A stretch of 64,000 nucleotides of DNA from Octopus sinensis (GCF_006345805.1 NC_043025.1:3906001-3970000), one strand, 5' to 3'; shown: positions 24,001 to 37,681, counted from the first letter of the stretch. Translations and numbers: made by a program. The notes: generated from the letters alone by a model not told the origin.

Positions 24001-27000
24001 GACAGGTGGTGCTGGCATCGACCACGTTCGGATGGTGCTTTTTACATGCCACCAGCACAGGGCCCAGACAGGTGGTGCTGGCATCGACCACGTTCGGATG
24101 GTGCTTTTTACATGCCACCAGCACAGGGCCCAGACAGGTGGTGCTGGCATCGACCACGTTCGGATGGTGCTTTTTACATGCCACCAGCACAGGGCCCAGA
24201 CAGGTGGTGCTGGCATCGACCACGTTCGGATGGTGCTTTTTACATGCCACCAGCACAGGGCCCAGACAGGTGGTGCTGGCATCGACCACGTTCGGATGGT
24301 GCTTTTTACATGCCACCAGCACAGGGCCCAGACAGGTGGTGCTGGCATCGACCACGTTCGGATGGTGCTTTTTACATGCCACCAGCACAGGGCCCAGACA
24401 GGTGGTGCTGGCATCGACCACGTTCGGATGGTGCTTTTTACATGCCACCAGCACAGGGCCCAGACAGGTGGTGCTGGCATCGACCACGTTCGGATGGTGC
24501 TTTTTACATGCCACCAGCACAGGGCCCAGACAGGTGGTGCTGGCATCGACCACGTTCGGATGGTGCTTTTTACATGCCACCAGCACAGGGCCCAGACAGG
24601 TGGTGCTGGCATCGACCACGTTCGGATGGTGCTTTTTACATGCCACCAGCACAGGGCCCAGACAGGTGGTGCTGGCATCGACCACGTTCGGATGGTGCTT
24701 TTTACATGCCACCAGCACAGGGCCCAGACAGGTGGTGCTGGCATCGACCACGTTCGGATGGTGCTTTTTACATGCCACCAGCACAGGGCCCAGACAGGTG
24801 GTGCTGGCATCGACCACGTTCGGATGGTGCTTTTTACATGCCACCAGCACAGGGCCCAGACAGGTGGTGCTGGCATCGACCACGTTCGGATGGTGCTTTT
24901 TACATGCCACCAGCACAGGGCCCAGACAGGTGGTGCTGGCATCGACCACGTTCGGATGGTGCTTTTTACATGCCACCAGCACAGGGCCCAGACAGGTGGT
25001 GCTGGCATCGACCACGTTCGGATGGTGCTTTTTACATGCCACCAGCACAGGGCCCAGACAGGTGGTGCTGGCATCGACCACGTTCGGATGGTGCTTTTTA
25101 CATGCCACCAGCACAGGGCCCAGACAGGTGGTGCTGGCATCGACCACGTTCGGATGGTGCTTTTTACATGCCACCAGCACAGGGCCCAGACAGGTGGTGC
25201 TGGCATCGACCACGTTCGGATGGTGCTTTTTACATGCCACCAGCACAGGGCCCAGACAGGTGGTGCTGGCATCGACCACGTTCGGATGGTGCTTTTTACA
25301 TGCCACCAGCACAGGGCCCAGACAGGTGGTGCTGGCATCGACCACGTTCGGATGGTGCTTTTTACATGCCACCAGCACAGGGCCCAGACAGGTGGTGCTG
25401 GCATCGACCACGTTCGGATGGTGCTTTTTACATGCCACCAGCACAGGGCCCAGACAGGTGGTGCTGGCATCGACCACGTTCGGATGGTGCTTTTTACATG
25501 CCACCAGCACAGGGCCCAGACAGGTGGTGCTGGCATCGACCACGTTCGGATGGTGCTTTTTACATGCCACCAGCACAGGGCCCAGACAGGTGGTGCTGGC
25601 ATCGACCACGTTCGGATGGTGCTTTTTACATGCCACCAGCACAGGGCCCAGACAGGTGGTGCTGGCATCGACCACGTTCGGATGGTGCTTTTTACATGCC
25701 ACCAGCACAGGGCCCAGACAGGTGGTGCTGGCATCGACCACGTTCGGATGGTGCTTTTTACATGCCACCAGCACAGGGCCCAGACAGGTGGTGCTGGCAT
25801 CGACCACGTTCGGATGGTGCTTTTTACATGCCACCAGCACAGGGCCCAGACAGGTGGTGCTGGCATCGACCACGTTCGGATGGTGCTTTTTACATGCCAC
25901 CAGCACAGGGCCCAGACAGGTGGTGCTGGCATCGACCACGTTCGGATGGTGCTTTTTACATGCCACCAGCACAGGGCCCAGACAGGTGGTGCTGGCATCG
26001 ACCACGTTCGGATGGTGCTTTTTACATGCCACCAGCACAGGGCCCAGACAGGTGGTGCTGGCATCGACCACGTTCGGATGGTGCTTTTTACATGCCACCA
26101 GCACAGGGCCCAGACAGGTGGTGCTGGCATCGACCACGTTCGGATGGTGCTTTTTACATGCCACCAGCACAGGGCCCAGACAGGTGGTGCTGGCATCGAC
26201 CACGTTCGGATGGTGCTTTTTACATGCCACCAGCACAGGGCCCAGACAGGTGGTGCTGGCATCGACCACGTTCGGATGGTGCTTTTTACATGCCACCAGC
26301 ACAGGGCCCAGACAGGTGGTGCTGGCATCGACCACGTTCGGATGGTGCTTTTTACATGCCACCAGCACAGGGCCCAGACAGGTGGTGCTGGCATCGACCA
26401 CGTTCGGATGGTGCTTTTTACATGCCACCAGCACAGGGCCCAGACAGGTGGTGCTGGCATCGACCACGTTCGGATGGTGCTTTTTACATGCCACCAGCAC
26501 AGGGCCCAGACAGGTGGTGCTGGCATCGACCACGTTCGGATGGTGCTTTTTACATGCCACCAGCACAGGGCCCAGACAGGTGGTGCTGGCATCGACCACG
26601 TTCGGATGGTGCTTTTTACATGCCACCAGCACAGGGCCCAGACAGGTGGTGCTGGCATCGACCACGTTCGGATGGTGCTTTTTACATGCCACCAGCACAG
26701 GGCCCAGACAGGTGGTGCTGGCATCGACCACGTTCGGATGGTGCTTTTTACATGCCACCAGCACAGGGCCCAGACAGGTGGTGCTGGCATCGACCACGTT
26801 CGGATGGTGCTTTTTACATGCCACCAGCACAGGGCCCAGACAGGTGGTGCTGGCATCGACCACGTTCGGATGGTGCTTTTTACATGCCACCAGCACAGGG
26901 CCCAGACAGGTGGTGCTGGCATCGACCACGTTCGGATGGTGCTTTTTACATGCCACCAGCACAGGGCCCAGACAGGTGGTGCTGGCATCGACCACGTTCG

Positions 27001-30000
27001 GATGGTGCTTTTTACATGCCACCAGCACAGGGCCCAGACAGGTGGTGCTGGCATCGACCACGTTCGGATGGTGCTTTTTACATGCCACCAGCACAGGGCC
27101 CAGACAGGTGGTGCTGGCATCGACCACGTTCGGATGGTGCTTTTTACATGCCACCAGCACAGGGCCCAGACAGGTGGTGCTGGCATCGACCACGTTCGGA
27201 TGGTGCTTTTTACATGCCACCAGCACAGGGCCCAGACAGGTGGTGCTGGCATCGACCACGTTCGGATGGTGCTTTTTACATGCCACCAGCACAGGGCCCA
27301 GACAGGTGGTGCTGGCATCGACCACGTTCGGATGGTGCTTTTTACATGCCACCAGCACAGGGCCCAGACAGGTGGTGCTGGCATCGACCACGTTCGGATG
27401 GTGCTTTTTACATGCCACCAGCACAGGGCCCAGACAGGTGGTGCTGGCATCGACCACGTTCGGATGGTGCTTTTTACATGCCACCAGCACAGGGCCCAGA
27501 CAGGTGGTGCTGGCATCGACCACGTTCGGATGGTGCTTTTTACATGCCACCAGCACAGGGCCCAGACAGGTGGTGCTGGCATCGACCACGTTCGGATGGT
27601 GCTTTTTACATGCCACCAGCACAGGGCCCAGACAGGTGGTGCTGGCATCGACCACGTTCGGATGGTGCTTTTTACATGCCACCAGCACAGGGCCCAGACA
27701 GGTGGTGCTGGCATCGACCACGTTCGGATGGTGCTTTTTACATGCCACCAGCACAGGGCCCAGACAGGTGGTGCTGGCATCGACCACGTTCGGATGGTGC
27801 TTTTTACATGCCACCAGCACAGGGCCCAGACAGGTGGTGCTGGCATCGACCACGTTCGGATGGTGCTTTTTACATGCCACCAGCACAGGGCCCAGACAGG
27901 TGGTGCTGGCATCGACCACGTTCGGATGGTGCTTTTTACATGCCACCAGCACAGGGCCCAGACAGGTGGTGCTGGCATCGACCACGTTCGGATGGTGCTT
28001 TTTACATGCCACCAGCACAGGGCCCAGACAGGTGGTGCTGGCATCGACCACGTTCGGATGGTGCTTTTTACATGCCACCAGCACAGGGCCCAGACAGGTG
28101 GTGCTGGCATCGACCACGTTCGGATGGTGCTTTTTACATGCCACCAGCACAGGGCCCAGACAGGTGGTGCTGGCATCGACCACGTTCGGATGGTGCTTTT
28201 TACATGCCACCAGCACAGGGCCCAGACAGGTGGTGCTGGCATCGACCACGTTCGGATGGTGCTTTTTACATGCCACCAGCACAGGGCCCAGACAGGTGGT
28301 GCTGGCATCGACCACGTTCGGATGGTGCTTTTTACATGCCACCAGCACAGGGCCCAGACAGGTGGTGCTGGCATCGACCACGTTCGGATGGTGCTTTTTA
28401 CATGCCACCAGCACAGGGCCCAGACAGGTGGTGCTGGCATCGACCACGTTCGGATGGTGCTTTTTACATGCCACCAGCACAGGGCCCAGACAGGTGGTGC
28501 TGGCATCGACCACGTTCGGATGGTGCTTTTTACATGCCACCAGCACAGGGCCCAGACAGGTGGTGCTGGCATCGACCACGTTCGGATGGTGCTTTTTACA
28601 TGCCACCAGCACAGGGCCCAGACAGGTGGTGCTGGCATCGACCACGTTCGGATGGTGCTTTTTACATGCCACCAGCACAGGGCCCAGACAGGTGGTGCTG
28701 GCATCGACCACGTTCGGATGGTGCTTTTTACATGCCACCAGCACAGGGCCCAGACAGGTGGTGCTGGCATCGACCACGTTCGGATGGTGCTTTTTACATG
28801 CCACCAGCACAGGGCCCAGACAGGTGGTGCTGGCATCGACCACGTTCGGATGGTGCTTTTTACATGCCACCAGCACAGGGCCCAGACAGGTGGTGCTGGC
28901 ATCGACCACGTTCGGATGGTGCTTTTTACATGCCACCAGCACAGGGCCCAGACAGGTGGTGCTGGCATCGACCACGTTCGGATGGTGCTTTTTACATGCC
29001 ACCAGCACAGGGCCCAGACAGGTGGTGCTGGCATCGACCACGTTCGGATGGTGCTTTTTACATGCCACCAGCACAGGGCCCAGACAGGTGGTGCTGGCAT
29101 CGACCACGTTCGGATGGTGCTTTTTACATGCCACCAGCACAGGGCCCAGACAGGTGGTGCTGGCATCGACCACGTTCGGATGGTGCTTTTTACATGCCAC
29201 CAGCACAGGGCCCAGACAGGTGGTGCTGGCATCGACCACGTTCGGATGGTGCTTTTTACATGCCACCAGCACAGGGCCCAGACAGGTGGTGCTGGCATCG
29301 ACCACGTTCGGATGGTGCTTTTTACATGCCACCAGCACAGGGCCCAGACAGGTGGTGCTGGCATCGACCACGTTCGGATGGTGCTTTTTACATGCCACCA
29401 GCACAGGGCCCAGACAGGTGGTGCTGGCATCGACCACGTTCGGATGGTGCTTTTTACATGCCACCAGCACAGGGCCCAGACAGGTGGTGCTGGCATCGAC
29501 CACGTTCGGATGGTGCTTTTTACATGCCACCAGCACAGGGCCCAGACAGGTGGTGCTGGCATCGACCACGTTCGGATGGTGCTTTTTACATGCCACCAGC
29601 ACAGGGCCCAGACAGGTGGTGCTGGCATCGACCACGTTCGGATGGTGCTTTTTACATGCCACCAGCACAGGGCCCAGACAGGTGGTGCTGGCATCGACCA
29701 CGTTCGGATGGTGCTTTTTACATGCCACCAGCACAGGGCCCAGACAGGTGGTGCTGGCATCGACCACGTTCGGATGGTGCTTTTTACATGCCACCAGCAC
29801 AGGGCCCAGACAGGTGGTGCTGGCATCGACCACGTTCGGATGGTGCTTTTTACATGCCACCAGCACAGGGCCCAGACAGGTGGTGCTGGCATCGACCACG
29901 TTCGGATGGTGCTTTTTACATGCCACCAGCACAGGGCCCAGACAGGTGGTGCTGGCATCGACCACGTTCGGATGGTGCTTTTTACATGCCACCAGCACAG

Positions 30001-33000
30001 GGCCCAGACAGGTGGTGCTGGCATCGACCACGTTCGGATGGTGCTTTTTACATGCCACCAGCACAGGGCCCAGACAGGTGGTGCTGGCATCGACCACGTT
30101 CGGATGGTGCTTTTTACATGCCACCAGCACAGGGCCCAGACAGGTGGTGCTGGCATCGACCACGTTCGGATGGTGCTTTTTACATGCCACCAGCACAGGG
30201 CCCAGACAGGTGGTGCTGGCATCGACCACGTTCGGATGGTGCTTTTTACATGCCACCAGCACAGGGCCCAGACAGGAGGTGCTGGCATCGACCACGTTCG
30301 GATGGTGCTTTTTACATGCCACCAGCACAGGGCCCAGACAGGTGGTGCTGGCATCGACCACGTTCGGATGGTGCTTTTTACATGCCACCAGCACAGGGCC
30401 CAGACAGGTGGTGCTGGCATCGACCACGTTCGGATGGTGCTTTTTACATGCCACCAGCACAGGGCCCAGACAGGTGGTGCTGGCATCGACCACGTTCGGA
30501 TGGTGCTTTTTACATGCCACCAGCACAGGGCCCAGACAGGTGGTGCTGGCATCGACCACGTTCGGATGGTGCTTTTTACATGCCACCAGCACAGGGCCCA
30601 GACAGGTGGTGCTGGCATCGACCACGTTCGGATGGTGCTTTTTACATGCCACCAGCACAGGGCCCAGACAGGTGGTGCTGGCATCGACCACGTTCGGATG
30701 GTGCTTTTTACATGCCACCAGCACAGGGCCCAGACAGGTGGTGCTGGCATCGACCACGTTCGGATGGTGCTTTTTACATGCCACCAGCACAGGGCCCAGA
30801 CAGGTGGTGCTGGCATCGACCACGTTCGGATGGTGCTTTTTACATGCCACCAGCACAGGGCCCAGACAGGTGGTGCTGGCATCGACCACGTTCGGATGGT
30901 GCTTTTTACATGCCACCAGCACAGGGCCCAGACAGGTGGTGCTGGCATCGACCACGTTCGGATGGTGCTTTTTACATGCCACCAGCACAGGGCCCAGACA
31001 GGTGGTGCTGGCATCGACCACGTTCGGATGGTGCTTTTTACATGCCACCAGCACAGGGCCCAGACAGGTGGTGCTGGCATCGACCACGTTCGGATGGTGC
31101 TTTTTACATGCCACCAGCACAGGGCCCAGACAGGTGGTGCTGGCATCGACCACGTTCGGATGGTGCTTTTTACATGCCACCAGCACAGGGCCCAGACAGG
31201 TGGTGCTGGCATCGACCACGTTCGGATGGTGCTTTTTACATGCCACCAGCACAGGGCCCAGACAGGTGGTGCTGGCATCGACCACGTTCGGATGGTGCTT
31301 TTTACATGCCACCAGCACAGGGCCCAGACAGGTGGTGCTGGCATCGACCACGTTCGGATGGTGCTTTTTACATGCCACCAGCACAGGGCCCAGACAGGTG
31401 GTGCTGGCATCGACCACGTTCGGATGGTGCTTTTTACATGCCACCAGCACAGGGCCCAGACAGGTGGTGCTGGCATCGACCACGTTCGGATGGTGCTTTT
31501 TACATGCCACCAGCACAGGGCCCAGACAGGTGGTGCTGGCATCGACCACGTTCGGATGGTGCTTTTTACATGCCACCAGCACAGGGCCCAGACAGGTGGT
31601 GCTGGCATCGACCACGTTCGGATGGTGCTTTTTACATGCCACCAGCACAGGGCCCAGACAGGTGGTGCTGGCATCGACCACGTTCGGATGGTGCTTTTTA
31701 CATGCCACCAGCACAGGGCCCAGACAGGTGGTGCTGGCATCGACCACGTTCGGATGGTGCTTTTTACATGCCACCAGCACAGGGCCCAGACAGGTGGTGC
31801 TGGCATCGACCACGTTCGGATGGTGCTTTTTACATGCCACCAGCACAGGGCCCAGACAGGTGGTGCTGGCATCGACCACGTTCGGATGGTGCTTTTTACA
31901 TGCCACCAGCACAGGGCCCAGACAGGTGGTGCTGGCATCGACCACGTTCGGATGGTGCTTTTTACATGCCACCAGCACAGGGGCCAGACAGGTGGTGCTG
32001 GCATCGACCACGTTCGGATGGTGCTTTTTACATGCCACCAGCACAGGGCCCAGACAGGTGGTGCTGGCATCGACCACGTTCGGATGGTGCTTTTTACATG
32101 CCACCAGCACAGGGCCCAGACAGGTGGTGCTGGCATCGACCACGTTCGGATGGTGCTTTTTACATGCCACCAGCACAGGGTCCAGACAGGTGGTGCTGGC
32201 ATCGACCACGTTCGGATGGTGCTTTTTACATGCCACCGGCACAGGGGCCAGACAGGTGGTGCTGGCATCGACCACGTTCGGATGGTGCTTTTTACATGCC
32301 ACCGGCACAGGGGCCAGACAGGTGGTGCTGGCATCGACCACGTTCGGATGGTGCTTTTTACATGCCACCGGCACAGGGCCCAGACAGGTGGTGCTGGCAT
32401 CGACCACGTTCGGATGGTGCTTTTTACATGCCACCAGCACAGGGGCCAGACAGGTGGTGCTGGCATCGACCACGTTCGGATGGTGCTTTTTACATGCCAC
32501 CAGCACAGGGGCCAGACAGGTGGTGCTGGCATCGACCACGTTCGGATGGTGCTTTTTACATGCCACCAGCACAGGGCCAGACAGGTGGTGCTGGCATCGA
32601 CCACGTTCGGATGGTGCTTTTTACATGCCACCAGCACAGGGCCAGACAGGTGGTGCTGGCATCGACCACGTTCGGATGGTGCTTTTTACATGCCACCAGC
32701 ACAGGGCCCAGACAGGAGGTGCTGGCATCGACCACGTTCGGATGGTGCTTTTTACATGCCACCAGCACAGGGGCCAGACAGGTGGTGCTGGCATCGACCA
32801 CGTTCGGATGGTGCTTTTTACATGCCACCGCACAGGGGCCAGACAGGTGGTGCTGGCATCGACCACGTTCGGATGGTGCTTTTTACATGCCACCAGCACA
32901 GGGGCCAGACAGGTGGTGCTGGCATCGACCACGTTCGGATGGTGCTTTTTACATGCCACCAGCACAGGGCCCAGACAGGAGGTGCTGGCATCGACCACGT

Positions 33001-34145
33001 TCGGATGGTGCTTTTTACATGCCACCAGCACAGGGCCCAGACAGGAGGTGCTGGCATCGACCACGTTCGGATGGTGCTTTTTACATGCCACCGGCACAGG
33101 GGCCAGACAGGTGGTGCTGGCATCGACCACGTTCGGATGGTGCTTTTTACATGCCACCAGCACAGGGGCCAGACAGGTGGTGCTGGCATCGACCACGTTC
33201 GGATGGTGCTTTTTACATGCCACCAGCACAGGGGCCAGACAGGTGGTGCTGGCATCGACCACGTTCGGATGGTGCTTTTTACATGCCACCAGCACAGGGC
33301 CCAGACAGGTGGTGCTGGCATCGACCACGTTCGGATGGTGCTTTTTACATGCCACCAGCACAGGGCCCAGACAGGAGGTGCTGGCATCGACCACGTTCGG
33401 ATGGTGCTTTTTACATGCCACCAGCACAGGGGCCAGACAGGAGGTGCTGGCATCGACCACGTTCGGATGGTGCTTTTTACATGCCACCAGCACAGGGCCA
33501 GACAGGTGGTGCTGGCATCGACCACGTTCGGATGGTGCTTTTTACATGCCACCGGCACAGGGGCCAGACAGGTGGTGCTGGCATCGACCACGTTCGGATG
33601 GTGCTTTTTACATGCCACCAGCACAGGGGCCAGACAGGTGGTGCTGGCATCGACCACGTTCGGATGGTGCTTTTTACATGCCACCAGCACAGGGGCCAGA
33701 CAGGTGGTGCTGGCATCGACCACGTTCGGATGGTGCTTTTTACATGCCACCAGCACAGGGCCCAGACAGGTGGTGCTGGCATCGACCACGTTCGGATGGT
33801 GCTTTTTACATGCCACCAGCACAGGGCCCAGACAGGTGGTGCTGGCATCGACCACGTTCGGATGGTGCTTTTTACATGCCACCAGCACAGGGACCAGACA
33901 GGTGGTGCTGGCATCGACCACGTTCGGATGGTGCTTTTTACATGCCACCAGCACAGGGGCCAGACAGGTGGTGCTGGCATCGACCACGTTCGGATGGTGC
34001 TTTTTACATGCCACCAGCACAGGGCCCAGACAGGTGGTGCTGGCATCGACCACGTTCGGATGGTGCTTTTTACATGCCACCAGCACAGGGCCCAGACAGG
34101 TGGTGCTGGCATCGACCACGTTCGGATGGTGCTTTTTACATGCCA
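15028..34145 (+). repeat. 66-bp tandem satellite, about 290 units
   Basis: Unit cagacaggtggtgctggcatcgaccacgttcggatggtgctttttacatgccaccagcacagggcc; 19118 bp / 66 is about 290; the line pattern repeats every 660 bp. Confidence 0.98.
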
Positions 34146-34298
34146 TGAATACAAGAGGATGGTTTTATAACTTCGGTAAACCAAAGAACAAAAATAAAAA
34201 CAGGACTGCAGCTGGAAGTGCTCGGGTGGCACTGGGGTGTGGACGCTTCTGTAGGAGAAAATGTAGACCTTATTAAATATGCAGGGACCCCAAAATTT

Positions 34299-35030
34299 AG
34301 TTGTAATTTCAGAACCCCAAACTTATGTCCTCTTAAGGGGTTTTGCTTAATAAAAAAAATGTAGTGTTAGAGGGGAGAATAATTTGGTTAGGGGATATAT
34401 TTGGAACACTCTTTACTCTTTTAGTTGTTTCAATCATTTGACTGTGGCCATGCTGGAGCACCGCCTCTAGTCGAGCAAATCAACCCCAGGACTTATTCTT
34501 TGTAAGCCCAGTACTTATTCTATCAGTCTCTTTTTGCCGAACTGCTAAGTGACGGGAACGTAAACACACCAGCATCAGTTGTCAAGCAATGCTAGGGGGA
34601 CAAACATAGGCACACACACACACATATATATATACATATATACGACAGGCTTCTTTCAGTTTCCGTCTACCAAATCCACTCACAAGGCATTGGTCAGCCC
34701 GGGGCTATAGTAGAAGACACTTGCCCGAGGTGCCACGCAGTGGGACTGAACCTGGAACCATGTAGTTTGCAAGCAAGCTACTTACCACACAGCCACTCCT
34801 GTGCCTATTGATTTTAAAAGATGTAGGGCCCACTTGAGCTCGTTTTCAAATGCCAAATACTCCAGTTCTACCACGTTGGCATCTTATATTCATGATTTGA
34901 AAAGGAGGAATATGAGCCATACTGTTGAATGGTCAGTCCTGTCCAAACCCCCCCCACACACACACACACTTTAATGCTAATTTAAACAGATGTAGATTAT
35001 GCTTAAGAGGGAATCGTACTTGATCCATAA
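34299..35030 (+). pseudogene. Penelope-like element GIY-YIG endonuclease relic, split by a SINE
   Basis: SCNFRTPNLCPLKGFCLIK.NVV before the SINE and FKRCRAHLSSF...STTLASYIHDLK...VEWSVL...RCRLCL after it follow the PLE endonuclease pattern CNC..CPL.G.CL...H..SF...ST.LS.YI..LK...W...C.LCL. Confidence 0.7.
34414..34803 (-). mobile_element. SINE family B, near full length
   Basis: Collinear with 8467-8869. Confidence 0.85.
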
Positions 35031-35113
35031 ATGTTTTGGGTCAATAACACCTCAATAAATTTTCTTATGTGCTCCCTTTTTGTAATTATAGGTTTTTCTC
35101 AACATTCTTGAGT

Positions 35114-35274
35114 AAGGAGTGGCTGTGTGGTAAGTAGCTTGTTTACCAACCACATGGTTCCAGGTTCAGTCCCACTGCGTGGCATCTTGGGCAAGTGTCT
35201 TCTACTATAGCCTCGGGCCGACCAAAGCCTTGTGAGTGGATTTGGTAGATGGAAACTGAAAGAAGCCTGTCATA

Positions 35275-35325
<51 letters not shown>

Positions 35326-35538
35326 ATGTGTGTGTGTTTGTGTATCTGTTTTTGTCCTCCTAGCATTGCTTGACAACCGATGCTGGTGTGTTTACGTCAC
35401 CATTACTTAGCGGTTCGGCAAAAGAGACCGATAGAATAAGTACTAGGCTTAAAAAGAATAAGTCCCGGGGTCGATTTGCTTGACTAAAGGCGGTGCTCCA
35501 GCATGGCCACAGTCAAATGACTGAAACAAGTAAAAGAG
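35114..35538 (+). mobile_element. SINE family B, near full length
   Basis: gagtggctgtgtggtaagtagc...ggttcagtccc...cttgggcaagtg...gactgaaacaagtaaaagag. Confidence 0.88.
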
Positions 35539-35711
35539 ATATAAAATTAAAATCGGATGTTTCAGAGGCCCGCCTCAGCCGTGATCTTGAATTGAAATTA
35601 AGTAGAACCTATAGCAATTTCTTCATCTAAATTCAATTCTTGACCTTTGAACTGATCTTCACTTGAACCCACTGGATTCTTATTTTAACTTGTCTGTTTC
35701 TGCAATTGAAC

Positions 35712-36000
35712 ATCATCATCATCATCGTTTAACGTCCGCTTTCCATGCTAGCATGGGTTGGACGATTTTGACTGAGGGCTGGCAGACCAGATGGCTGCAC
35801 CAGGCTCCAATCTGATCTGGCAGAGTTTCTACAGCTGAATGCCCTTCCTAACGCCAACCACTCCGAGAGTATAGTGGGTGCTTTTATGTGCCTGTCAGGC
35901 AGTACTGGCAACGACCTTGCTCGAATCTTTTTACACATGCCACCGGCAAAGGTGCCAGTAAGGTAACGATCCCAGGCAATGCTGGTAACGATCACAATAA
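35712..36000 (-). mobile_element. SINE family A
   Basis: (CAT)n cgtttaacgtccgctttccatgctagcatgg...gaatgcccttcctaacgccaacc. Confidence 0.82.
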
Positions 36001-36202
36001 CCAGAATTGTGGAAGCCTTTCTAAGTTTTCTCCAAATGAAAAGCTGTTACCTTTGGAGTCTACCATTAACGATGTGAACCAGAATCCTTTGAAGCAATCG
36101 TAGAGGTGGGCCTGAATGGACTCTCTTCTCGTTTCCTTACACTTAATTTTTATATTTATCATTTTAGCTCCCTTGCCTTAAATTTTTAGTGGTTCTTTTA
36201 TT

Positions 36203-36560
36203 CTTTTACTGGTTTCAGTCATTTGACTGCGGCCATGCTGGAGCACTGCCTTTTAATCGAGCAACTCGACCCCAGAACTTATTCTTTTTGTAGGCCCAGT
36301 ACTTATTCTATCGGTCTCTTTTGCTGAACTGCTAAGTAACGGGGACATAAACACGCTAGCATCGGTTGTCAAGCAATGTTAGGGGGACAAACACAGACAC
36401 ACACACACATATATATATATACGACAGTCTTCTTTCAGTTTCCATCTACCAAATCTACTCACAAGTAGAAGACACTTGCCCAAGGTGCCATGCAGTGGGA
36501 CTGAACCTGGAACCATGTGGTTGGTAAGCAAGCTACTTACCACACAGCCACTCCTGCGCC
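36203..36560 (-). mobile_element. SINE family B with an internal deletion
   Basis: Collinear with the other B copies but missing about 30 bp before the CORE-like segment. Confidence 0.82.
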
Positions 36561-36654
36561 TATTGATTATGAATTAATTTATTCCATATATTTTGTCTTC
36601 ATTCCACTTCACTCATCTTACCCTTTTAGGTTTTATCACCTTTTATTCGTGCAT

Positions 36655-37135
36655 ATCATCATCATCATCATTTAACGTCCGTTTTCCATGCTAGCATGGG
36701 TTGGACGGTTTGACTGGGGTCTGGGAAGCCAGAAGGCTGCACCAGGCTCCAGTCTGATCTGGCAGTGTTTCTTCAGCTGGATGCCCTTCCTAACGCCAAC
36801 CACTCCGTGAGTGTAGTGGGTGCTTTTTACATGCCAGGCAAGGCTGGCAGCGACCACGATCAGTTGTTGCTTTTTACGTGCCACCAGCACGGAAGCCAGT
36901 CAAGGCGGAGCTGCCATCGGCCACGTTCAGATGTTGCTTTTTACGTGCAACCGGCACGGGTATCACAACTACAGTTTTCATTTGAATTTTTGATGCTGAT
37001 GTACTCGACTCAATAGGTCTCCCCAAGCACAGGGTCGAAACGGTGTTTCTTTACTTGCCACCTGCACAGGAGTCAGTCCAGTGGCACTGGTAACAATCTT
37101 GCTCGAATGTTTTGTTCATGTGCCAGTAAGGCGAC
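36655..37135 (-). mobile_element. SINE family A carrying three copies of the satellite-like module
   Basis: (CAT)n tail end; tgctttttac(a/g)tgc modules near 36821, 36868 and 36935. Confidence 0.82.
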
Positions 37136-37465
37136 ATTTTATACTGTTGGGTTTTACCTTGGGGTGCCCTATTGTTTTAATATATATTTATATTCGAATT
37201 TTGATATTTGGGAATGATATAAAGTTGTTTTGACCAATTGGAGCATTTATTCATTACACCTTTCAATTTATAGAATATATATTTTCAAGTCCACCATTTC
37301 GTCAACCGTAGCAGCTTCCAAACTTCAACCACTAATTCAGTTCTCAACTAAATTGCAAACTGTTAGCAGTTTTAAAGGGGACACCTCCTCAGCTACATTT
37401 TGGCATAAATAGTTTGAGATTTGGTTCAGTAGGATAAAAGTTACATCAAAATATGGGAGGCTTAA

Positions 37466-37681
37466 CCCTTTAGTGTTCAGATTACTGTTAAATATATTTT
37501 TTTCACTCAAATTGTTTTTAATTAATTATGCATTATCTTATAGCTTTGAAGTTTCAGTGATGTGATTGTTTATTTTTAGAATATCAATGTAAGTTAGGTG
37601 TGAGAGGCTGGATCTGGCCAGTTTGAATATAAAACTTGTAGAATATTTGGGCTGGATTTGGCCAGTTTAAACACTAAAGGC
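37466..37681. mobile_element. piggyBac-type MITE
   Basis: TTAA at 37462-37465 and 37682-37685; TIRs ccctttagtgtt and aacactaaaggc. Confidence 0.72.

Noticed and set aside
15028-34145. CRISPR-like array
   Set aside because: Units are contiguous with no unique spacers, there are no cas genes, and the context is eukaryotic.
15028-34145. Synonymous bias in the HRPRSDGAFYMPPAQGPDRWCW frame (two of three common variants silent)
   Set aside because: Each site is a third position in some frame; at least two of three sharing a frame is expected about 78% of the time.
14207-34276. ORFs of 4900-6700 aa on both strands as protein-coding genes
   Set aside because: They follow from a 66-bp unit with no plus-strand stop. 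The 65-bp units near 32570-33500 shift the frame without consequence, and opposite-strand frames are open too.
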